A stretch of DNA of 64,000 bases. Origin: Lytechinus pictus (taxonomy: Eukaryota). The notes beneath the pieces are model-generated. The model had not been told where the DNA came from, searched no databases, and saw nothing but the letters and a program-made list of their open reading frames with translations. The stretch spans positions 64,046,001-64,110,000 of the forward strand of contig NC_087246.1 in assembly GCF_037042905.1 (NCBI RefSeq), read 5' to 3'. This document shows, one piece after another, positions 39,501-51,500 of the stretch. Every line of letters begins with the position of its first letter. Position 1 is the stretch's first letter. The translations under genes were made by a program, and so were the position numbers.

Positions 39501-42500
39501 GCATAATGCGTTTTTACTGTATTCTGTGCGACATTTAGGGAGTACTAGGTCGCCTCTTGCTGACTGGCGGGTGTTAATTTGGTAAATTTCACCAAGTTGG
39601 AGAAAATGAGGTTTCGTGTGATTATTCCACATACATTTTTTACTTCGTTTAATGTTCTCGGCATGACTATTTATGACTTTTTTTCAAGTATTGCAAAACT
39701 TTTGAGACCAAATTTGTCACTCTCAGTCATATCACTTCAAAGCCCCATAAGTAATGATTATGACAATATTATTGTTGGGGATATTCAGAAGATTAAGTTC
39801 ACCCAAAAATCAAATTCTTGAAGCTTTATTTTTTTATTTACAGGTAAAAAAATATTTTTGCCATAAGTTAGCATAAATTAATTAATATAAAATACATATA
39901 TTAGAATTTAAAAAATCTCACTACACAGTCTTGTTTATTACATTGGCCTCTACCTTCTCGCAAATTTTCATGAGCTAAATCTGTAGGGGGGGTGGCCAAA
40001 ACACAAGACCCAGTGGGATTAGGGTTAACTAATTATTTTAGTTTTAGAAATATGTTGAAAAAAAACACCAAGAAGTTAATTCTAGGACAACTTACTGTTT
40101 TCCTTTCTATGTGACATTAAGTTGTAGCATCTTTATTTAATAATTTTGCCTTTATCCTAGTGTATACAAACACTTGAAGACCACATACCAGCCAAAAACG
40201 GTCGGCAAATATCTAACAAGTGTGGCAAAACTGGTGGCTATGCTCAAAGTAGAATATGCGGAAGTCGAGAGACTGCAGATTACGGACAGAGACCTACAAA
40301 GACTGGAAAACCTCCTAACTCCCTTGTCTAAGAAGACATCCATGGGAATAAAGGAGCGAGAAGCAGAGCTTAAAGACAGCATTGCAGGTTGCATTAAAAA
40401 AAATTGCTGCGTTATCATTTTTGAAAGGTTTTTGATTAAGTTCATTTGAATCATCCAGTTCTCTCATGAGCTTTTCCAAATCATTTTCTTAAGAACTTTC
40501 AGATACCCATTTGTTTATAAGTTATGCATGTTTTTTCTAACATATTTTTTCATTTGTTTCAAAATGTTCTATTTGCTTAACAATGTTCTGCCTTTTATGA
40601 ATAATGCAAATAATTCATTTTTGTGCTTTTTTTGTATTGATGTTATCTCTATTATTTTTAGCTCACTTGAGCCAGCTTTAGTTCATCATGCATTGTCTGT
40701 AACTTAACATTTTCATATTCTCTAGAATGAGTGTCAGATTTAAAAAAAAATTGGTAGAAATCGCCTTTTGGATATGGGGTGTGAAGTTCAAATGTTTCCC
40801 TTAAATCCAAAGTGGTTCAGGGGACAACCCTTCTTTTGCAAACTGTTCAATGTTACTATTGCAGCCCCATTTGCTAAAACTATTAAGGTTTCGCCCATTA
40901 ACTTCAGCTTGGAAATTTAAATCAATATCAAATTTGGTAGCAAGTAAGAAGTAAAATGAGCAAGAGTTTCTAAACACTGGGACGAAAGGTCAAAGTTTAA
41001 GGACAAAGGTCAATTATTGTTAGAAATGGGGGGTGTTCATATTGCATAGGTCAAGTTGGATATAAGGTTAGTCTCCACCACCAGGATCTTTCATTTGTGA
41101 TTACACAAGTATTTATGGAATTTCAGTGTCATATCTTTATGATAACCCCCCCCCCCCACCAATTCTCTGCCATTTATAATGAAAAATATTATAGTTTTTA
41201 GAACTGCACCATAAATATTACTTAACTTTAATTTCCATAATCACATTTCTTACTGGAAAAGATGTCATGAACTCACAAAATACAGTGTAATACAAAATCC
41301 ATTTAAAAAAATAAATGTGTAGGTGTGGGATAGGCAAATGCTAGAGGCCTTGTAAAATAGTCTGGAACCTACCAAGGACAGGTGCCTGATCTTACTGCCC
41401 TGTCCACTCGCCCATAGGAAAACCTCGGCAGGCTCATTACTCACAAGGGCTCTAGTAGTGCAGGCCTAGGCCTAACCCCTAGACAGAACAGCCATCATCA
41501 ATCGAAAGCAAGTCTAAACAAATGGGATGCATGATTTTGTTTTAGACTTTCCAATCAATAATTTCATGTGTGGATCCTATTTTGAATTTCACAAGAATGC
41601 ATATAGGCAAATTATTACATGAAAGATTCAGGCAATAATTGCAGGAAGGCAGAGGCATACCAGTCAATTGCATGCAGTCAAGTTTTTTGTAGTTTTTGTT
41701 GTTACAACTGTTCATTGTTTCAATCTAATAATAGATGCAATGTATACTCATATGCAGAGATAATAGTTGCTGTTTGTTTAGTATTTTTTAAATGTTAAAA
41801 TGTCACTGAAGTGATACCATTTGACTATATAATGCTTATATGCATGCTTCTAATCATTAATGTTAATTTTATTTTGTAGGTGTCACCATGTTCGGTGGCA
41901 GCAGCATCAATAAAGTTTGATATTTATACTGTTCGGTTTAATATATTAAAAGTTTTTCATGCACAGAAATTTTTCAAGGCTTTCCTTGTCCTTCATATAC
42001 ATATGCATATAAAATAGCTGCAAAGATGACTCACCCCAAATCTTATCCACAGTGTCTCGAAATAACTTGATTTGTAATCTGTTTAGAGGTTACAAATATG
42101 AGTCTACCCCAAATTTGTAAATAGCACAAAACATATTAACTGCAGGTTTTATACACCAAATCTGTTAAATGTTAAAATTTGGCAAAACATCTTACTATGC
42201 AATGTTCCAAAACAACAAAACCTAAGCCCAGTAAAAATGCAATTGACGATTGCGAAAATTTAGGAGAAGAAAGATGCAAGTTTATTTAGTGATGCCTTCT
42301 GATCTGACTTTCACTTTTTCCCAAATTTTATTGCAAGAGCTGTAGAGAATAAGGGGCTGGGGCATCTTCCCGCAGGAATAACCACCTTGTACTTTATTTC
42401 AAGTTCATAATTGCTGATTTTATCATATTCTTCTGTTACAGAGGAACTGCTATCAAAGGAGGACCTGCAGATGTTTTACAATACCCTCTACAAGCAAGCA

Positions 42501-45500
42501 TGTGATGTGAAAGGTTTGCCGATTATTAGTATTTTTATTCGTCCACGCCAAAGATTCTGGAGGCATTATGTTTTTGGATTGTCCGCATGGCTGGATTTGT
42601 TATGTTTGTGTGTAATTCTAAGAACTCCTTGATGGATTTGACCATACTTGGCCCAAAGGTCCCCTGTGACGTGTTGAAGAACTGATTAGATTTCGGGCCA
42701 GATCCACCCAGGGTCAAAGGTCATATATAACTTTATGTTTAGTCGTTTCCCACATCCTCCCTCCCCAACCAGTTATCTTTGATTTGTTGACTAATCATTA
42801 ATCAATATGCATGCTATGTATATCCACCCAACCTAGGCTGTCAAAATGCAGTGTATTGAAAAAAATCAAACAAATAACTCAGACAATTCATTCGAATGTA
42901 GGTCTAAACAAACTGAGTTTAAAACTTTTAAATCTAGGACCGTAAATGTGTGGATCCTATTATGAATTTCACAATAATGCATAATGGGAAATTATTATAT
43001 AAAAAATTCAGGTAAGAATTGCAGAATTTGAGAAGACTGGGGCATACCAGTTGACTGCATGCAGTCAAATTACTAGTGTCATTGGAAAAACTTGTGTTTA
43101 AATGGTGTTGATAATGCAAATTAACTTACAAATTATGCACCCTCCCCTCCCAAAAAGAAAAAGGTAAATGTTTACACAGTTTTTAAATAACTTTCAGTGA
43201 AATGTGGCTTTAATAAGCCTAAAAAAATGGTTCATTTGATTGCAGTATATATGATATTCTCTCTCTTGCTGTCATGTACCAAAGGGAACGATCTGGATTG
43301 AATTAAATAAATTTGTTGTTATTCACATACCATTGACCTGCTGTAGAATTGGCTCTTAGCACAGAGGGATGAAAATTCTCCAAAATTTAATAATTTCAAA
43401 TTAAAAGATAAATTTTGAATTAATCATTGTTAATTTTGAAACCAAACAAAATTCAACAAATTGTATACTATGCAGCTGTCCAATGTCTGAATCAAAATCA
43501 AATGTGTCAAATGTTTTGTAACACCTATTACATTTCTGCAAGGACATGCATTGTGCATTTTTTGTGATTTACTTATTCACTTGTGTTATTTCTTCAGAAA
43601 TGCACTTGGCTGGGGAGAACCTAAAGTGGGAGCATGTAAGAAGCGTACGAGATTTCCTACTTCTGACAGCAGTACTTAGTGGTGCTCCGAGAAGCTGTGT
43701 GCTCACCAACATGAAAGTGGGAGAGGTTGCCAAAGCATTCAAGCAAAATGGAAGGGTTGTGATACAGGTACAAGCTTTTCTATTCCATTCAATTATTTTG
43801 TCATGTTCAATGATTAAAAACACAAAAATTATCCACAGACTCTTCTTAACAAAAAGTGCATTGAAAAAAAATCACAAACTATAAAAACATCAAAATAATA
43901 CATGTAATATGAGTATATCAATAAATAAATATACCCTGTCTGCATGCTTGAGGACCCACAACACGACACCAACCACTGATCCACTGTATGAAACAAAGTG
44001 TCACCCGCAGTGGAACAATGAAGTCTCAGCATGCTGACAGGTACCAGGAGCTATTACGTGGATACAGGAATAAATTAAATAAATAAATTAATTTGACTTC
44101 ACCTCCACCTCGCAAAACAACATCAGAATTCATTGAGATTCTGTACAAACTCAAAAACATCATCACCTATGATATTACACTTGCTTCTTACATCGAAGCC
44201 TGTAATCACCTTCAGTCCATTCCAAGCATCTCTTGAGTTTCCTACTTGGAATTTCCTATCTACTTTTTTACCAAATTGTCTTTTCCTGTTCTTCATATAT
44301 TTCTTAAAGTTTCTCTCATTCTGAAAGGCCTGAACTTTCTTGTGAATATAGTCTTTGCATTTCTTATCCACCTATGGTTTGTTATTAGGGTATGTTCTTG
44401 TTGTTACCTCAGGGATTAACATATTCTTACAAAACTTGATGTAGCCTGTGACAACATTCACTGTCTCGTCCAGAGATACTGATGAGTCCAGGAGGACATC
44501 CCAGTCGGTGCACTCGAAGGAGGCTCTCAATGACTAAGTTGTGTCATCATTCCACTTACTTTCCTTGTTACTGGTTTCACACGCTTGAGTTTCTGCCTAT
44601 ACTTCGGAAGTAAGTGGATAACGTTATGGTCAGAATTTCCCAAGGGCGGCTTGGCTACAGCCTTGTAACCGTCACGTACATTCACAAAGCATTTGTCTAA
44701 TGTGCGGTTCCCTCTGGTTGGTAGGTCAATGTACTGATACAGATTAGGCATTGCAGTATGCAGATCACAGCTATTAAAATCACCTAACACAATCTGCACC
44801 GAATCTGGTGAAAAATTAGAAGTCTGATGAATAGTACTTTGGATTTTTGTGGCAGCAAGATCAACATTCGCTTTTGGTGGGATGTATACAATAGTAACAT
44901 AGATATTATTAAACTCCCTTGGCAGGTAATGTGGATGAACTGCTATAGAGAGAAGTTCAATGTTTTCTGAACAGAAGGTATCTTTCACAGTGACGTTACT
45001 TTCATGACACCATCTCTCATTAATGTAAACACACACCCACCACCCCTGGTACTCTTTCCTGATGCTGCTGTGCGGTCCCCTCTAAGACAGATGAAACTGT
45101 CCATGGGCGTATCAGTTTCAGTGCCTTTTGATGAAAACCAAGTCTCAGTAAAACACAGTAAGCAGCTATCACGGTACTCATATCTGAATTTCATACATGC
45201 CTTCAACTCATCAAATTTATTACTCAATGAACGACAGTTAGCTATTATAGAGAGCAATGGGGGACGAAAACATCTCTTTAGGCGAGCTCTAACTCCTCCT
45301 TTCCTTCCTCTCTTACGTCTATTCAGCTCCCTTGGAATATCGCAGCTGAGCTCAACCTTGCCACTCTCGCCGGCAAGCCGAATCAGAGATTGAAGAGCGC
45401 CATCATATTCAACAACAACAACAACTTGTATGAAATGTTGATTTCACTATTTCGATTCGCATCATTTTTTTTTTAGGCTCTTGCATACGCACATTCAAAA

Positions 45501-48500
45501 TGGTTTGAATCAATGTAATGATGACCAACTTTTCAATTTAAAAGTGGCCTTGGCATTGCAAGGCTGATTCATCACAACATTTAAATTAAGCTATCTTGAA
45601 AACTATTCTACCTAAGTCAGGAATGCATACCTTCCAAATGATCTCTCCGCTGAATTTAAATATTGGAATGTATAGAGAACCATTTTGCTGAAGGCCTAGG
45701 GATTGATCTAGGAATACATCAAGATATTTATAGGAGGTTACTCTTTCCAGTATAGTGTTATACATTCAAACAATCCACGGATGGTTACAATATTTGTAAT
45801 AACAATTCAAAGATTAGATGTCAATCCAAATATTAGATGAAATTATGTAAATAATCGACTAGAAATACAGAGGACATATTAACAGATCTCAAATACTGAA
45901 CATGTAGTCGAATATCGTGTTAACCCTATAAAAACAAATTTCACTATAGTACCAAGGAACATATATCTCCACTATACTACCAAGGAACATCAATATTATC
46001 AAAGAACTCATGATCACAAGACATCCTCATCATTCGGCCGAGTTGAAGTCATTGATGAACAACATTTCCATTACTTCAAGTTTTATGATGAGTTGCGTAA
46101 ACTAACGCCATCATAGATCACAGTCAGATAAACTTGTAAACGCACCATATTTCCTTGCCCATACTGTTGAAGCCAAGCTCCGAGTTTACCGAGGCATGGA
46201 GGGCATATGGCCTGCAGGAAGGGGTCTAGTGGAATATAAATTTTATACAACATATATTAAAAATACATACAGCATTAAAATTGCAAAGAACTCGCTGTTC
46301 TTCATTGTTATTGGAGTAATTTAAATTGGTCTATAATTGGACATGTCGTCCCTTTCTCCCCGTCCTCTCTCTGTATACAGGGGTAACTCTTGAACGTTTC
46401 CATTCCACAGGTATTTTGCCAGAATCTATAGAAAGATTGAATGAGTGCATAAGATGAGAACATATGACTGAGGATGCTCTTTTCAGTAATAAAAGCAAAT
46501 TTCACTTTACTACCAAGGAACATATATCTCCACTAAACTACCAAGGAACATCAATATTATCAAAGAACTCATGATCACAAGACATCCTCATCATTCGGCC
46601 GAGTTGAAGTCATTGATAAAGCCAAGCTCCGAGTTTATCTTGTTTTATCTTGTTTCGTATAAATTTCTCATCGACTTGTCAAGTTTGAATTGTGACTCTG
46701 ACCGATTAAGCATCTTTCTTTGAACTGATGTATGATCAATCCAAGATACACAGTTGATACCAGCTGTCGAAAAAAAATTCATTGAATTTTTCTGCAAGAA
46801 CTCCTTGATCGATTTCTTGTGTACCATTACCACTCCTAATAACATAAGTCTTCTTGTTTGAGAGTGTGAGTATTTTGAGAATTTTACATAGCTTCTTTGG
46901 ATTATTCTTTTTTTGCATTATCTGTTCCTGATAGTAACTCTTAAGTCATCCTCAAATTATTCACAAAATTTCTCATACTTCTGAATTGTTTCCATGTATC
47001 TCTATTTCTAGTCTTTTCTGCCATTTCTTTCAATTGGTTTATTTCATCTATTTATTTTGCATTTTATACACGGTAAGCAATTCAGTTATACACGATAAAA
47101 ACATTAACAATGAATAAAAAGCTGGTTTACTATTGGGCCCTGTTAATTAAAATACATGTACATACAAATTATAATGATAAATATATACAGTACATAATAT
47201 ACAAAATATACAAGAAATAAATCTTTAAAAATCCCAACCCTCTGTGCTTTCATCAGATTCATCAAAAACACACAGACACACACACTCCATCACATACTAG
47301 GGCACATTCTGCAGACTCGTTACGTGTAACGTATAATAATTAATTTAACATTTATGATGTTGTGGATAGCGTCCAAAATCATCTGTTACCCATGGGGTTT
47401 TGGCCGATCTTGCTCTCATAGAAACAATAGGAGCATGTTTGTCACACACCTTTGATAACAATTCTTTCCAAACTTGCCATGCGTCTTCAACATTAACACT
47501 TTGTAGAAAGGGTTCCTAATCAACCTCTTGCAGATCGCCAATAAAAGCATCTATGTCAAACTTTTTGAAAGACCGAATAGTAATCATTCTGTGAAGCAAA
47601 GTTGGTCTATAAAGTTTCCTCACTACATACACAAAGCTGTGGTCGCTTAACCCATTGGATACCACTCTACTTTCTTTGACATTTAGTGGGTTATTAGTTA
47701 ACAAAATATTAAGAAGACTTTGGCTATTTCCAGTTATCTGGGTAAGAGATTCGATTACCTGTTAAAGGTTTGTTGGATACACAGTTGTTTTATAAACTGA
47801 GCCTTTCTAACATCAAGCGTATTGTAATTGAGATCTCCTAAGACATATACTTCTATTCTCATAGCCTGTGAGACTGTAGTCTCAATTAAGTCCTGATATT
47901 CAACATTGGATTGTGGGGGCTGATAAAAAATTCCTATCAAATTTGTGTTTTGCAGCTTGAGTTCAATCCATCTAGATTCAATATGTGAGCTCTCTAGGTC
48001 CACTCTTCGACATTAATTGAGCTCGTCAGCAATGACCATTGCTACGCCTCCCCCATACCTATTCCTATCTTTTCTCTCAATAACAAAACCATACAAATCA
48101 ATGTGATTCCTTACCATTCTGAATATCACTTATTTTTTGTAAAGGCAGCTGGATCAGTTGTAAAGACAAAACCAAACCCCAAAATAGGATGCCATGAATG
48201 GTCATGGTGGTTTGGATCAGGAGAAAAGACATATTCTTTATCTTTTAATTCCAGGTGCATGATCACAAGACGTCGTCTTCATTTGGTAGAGCTGAAATTG
48301 TGGTTGAAGACCAGCATTTCAATTATTTCCAGCTATATGACGAGTTGCGTAAACTCACACCAAAGAGCTCACCATCAGATAATCTTGTAAATGCGCCATA
48401 CTTTCTGGGCCATAATGGCAAGGCTGTGTTGAAACCAAGCTGCGAGTTAACTGAGGCTTGGCGAGCATGTGGGCTGCAGGGAGGGGTCTCTACGAGAAGC

Positions 48501-51500
48501 ATCCGAAAGACAGTTGCCTCAGCGGTAAGTAAGATTCATCCTTGACACAGAGAATGAAAATAGGTGCGCTGTACATATACGTTTGCAATGAACGGCAGAA
48601 TTGCCTGAACAAAATGCCATTTACACCACCACCCTTACCCCTCCCCCTCCACCAACTCTTATATTTTTTTTCTTTTGTTGCAGTTTATTTTTTGATGGAA
48701 TATGTGACATGCATTTGATAAAACAGAATACTGCTAAAGCAATTCAATTTCAGCCATTGAGAGCAAATATAAGCATATTTATATATGAACCATGACGTGA
48801 AAAGAGTCAAATTGCAGTTCTCCTGTACACAAAATCACTTTTTGGAGTGATTTTTGGTCTGACATGTATGAATAAATAATTATCTAACTTTAGAACCATA
48901 CCCCGGGCATCACAAATTTGATGGCAAAATTTGTAGGAAACTTGTAGGAAAAGTCATGAAAAATCGTGGCGAGAGCTTTGTGCCTTCCAGAGCACTTGGG
49001 CGAAATCTGCCAATTGGTGTGTCAAACCATGGTAGTCAAACCATCAAAGCAAGCTTTAATAAACTGCATTTGGAAGTAATGTATAAATGAGTACAGTATT
49101 GAAGGAAGGCTTGTAATGGGAAGTTTGAGGTGTACCAAGGCATTGTATGTGAAAGTTATTTCTCTCAATTTTGTTGTTATGTTGCAGGCACGGGATGAGA
49201 TGTCTGCGGAGTGGCGCAAGAAGGTGGCAACCTTCATGTGTCATTCCGTAGAAACTGCCGAGCATTACTACACGGCAAGATTTAAGACTTCCCAAAACAT
49301 CGAATGCCGCGATAAGGTGTGGAGTCTTCTTCTTGGACAGGTATGTATCCTTCATTATGCAATAATTATCAAATCACATGTGTTATTGCTACCCTAATAT
49401 TACATGTTTTCACAATTTTTCTTTTTTCAGATGACTCTTGCTTTAAGAAACTTGCAACTGCCAAATAAAAAAAAAAAACATTAATTTCTTATCTAACCCT
49501 TAAATTTCATTTTACTTCTTAATCTTATCCAATCCCAGTAATATGTGCAATATTTTGCGCATTATTAGCACTGGACCAATGTGTTATAGATCATGTGGAA
49601 CCTTTCTCGGTGGAGCTTACTCAAAGACAAAAGAACACAAATGAATTAACAACCTAACTACCAGTAGTTGATTTTGCTATTCGGTAATTGTACCAACTAC
49701 AAATTCAATCAAACAATTTTATCCTCCATATGCCTCCATTGTACTATCAGTGAGCAAAGTACACATTCTTTTAATTGGGGTCAGTACATATTTTAACCTG
49801 CGTATATATTATGCTTCAGATTTGATATCTATTCATAAATTAAATCCTACATGTTTCCTTAAAATCAACAGCAGCCAGAAATGCAGGAGCAGACTGCTCC
49901 TGAACATCCTGTAGATGTCCATGTAGAGGTCCATGCTGGACCATCAACGAGTCAGACGACCGCCCTAAAAAGTGCAGGCATGAAGAAGAGGAAGGCCCAG
50001 GGAAATACACAAGCCAACATCCCCTCTGAGTCTGCTCCTGAGACCTGTGGCCATGAGGAAGGTCACGAGCTTTCTCAACAAAAGGAAGTAAAAAAGGTTT
50101 GTCACTAATGCTACATGAAGTTTATGTATTTCATATCAGTATGTTTTTTTTTAATAAGACCATGCCTTATGAAGTTTTTTTCTTTTTCTTTTTTAATTAT
50201 TATTTTTTATTTAAGTAAGGTAACTCTCATAGAGAGTAAAATATAACATTTCAAATTATAAATTTCTTACTACATATAAATCAGTATTTGTAAAATTATG
50301 TTTAAACATAGCAAAGAAATCCTTGTTTTCTGTGTTTTTGTTGCTCTTAGATTATGAATACATCAATTTGACAAAAGACAAACTTGTTGGTTTTTGCAAA
50401 TAAACTCTTTATTTGTAAATGATAAATTTATTTTGATATAAGTACAGAAATAAAACATGCATATATATATATATATATATTTGTATTAAAGAAATTGTAT
50501 ATGTCACTAATTCATTGAAAATATATTCATTCACTTAAAATATTATTTATGATACCCGATATATTTGAATATGCATATTACAGAGAATATCTGAAAATAC
50601 ATTATTCCAACATGTTGACTTTTGAGCAAAGCTCATTCTAGAGCTGCTAATATAAGGATCCATAATTATCAACTAAAATTAAATTCATAAGCATTTACTT
50701 TCTAACTTTCTCTGATATTAATTTGATGTCTCCAATTGCGATGAAATCACACCTTTGAGGAAAGAACATACTCATCTAATTGTTTCCCCTTCACAATTTT
50801 TGTTAAAGTTTTACATCAGTAATAAAATACTGAAAATAAAAGATTTATATTTTATTTTCTACTATGTTTGTACCTACAGCCAAGATCCCGCTTCGTACTA
50901 ACATCAGTGGAGCTTGAGGACATGAAGAGGACAATCATGGCTGTCATGAATCGGACATGCTCAGTAGTCAAAAAACCAAAATTCAGGGATATAGTGAGTA
51001 CAACATTAATTTATCAATACTCAAATGTTATTCACAATATTTCTAATAATTATCCTATATAGTGTGCAATGTGCGTATTCTCTCTAAACCAAATGCTACT
51101 TTATAAACTGGAATTGGTGCATGTTTTTTTTTCACAATGTTTTTTAAGTCACAATGGCATGAGAAATTATCACTTCAATGTATGTCTGTTGTGTTGAATA
51201 CTTTAGCAGACTTGCATGGCTTGTGCAATCTAATTCAGTTTGATTTCACTTGTACGTTTGAAGTGTGATGTGATTTTGATAGCCCCCTCTAAAAGAAAAA
51301 TGACAGATTTAAATCAGTTCCGGAGACTTGTGAATTAGGGAGAGAAAAAAACTGAACTCTTTGGAGTTTTTTGTATTATGTTTCAAAATCACAAAGTTCT
51401 AATAATCGCCTATTTATTTTTTCAATTCTTTTCCCTTTGAAATCGTATGTGAACTCAATAAGGTTAATGGTTACTTCTGTTGGATAGAAACTGAGTGAAA

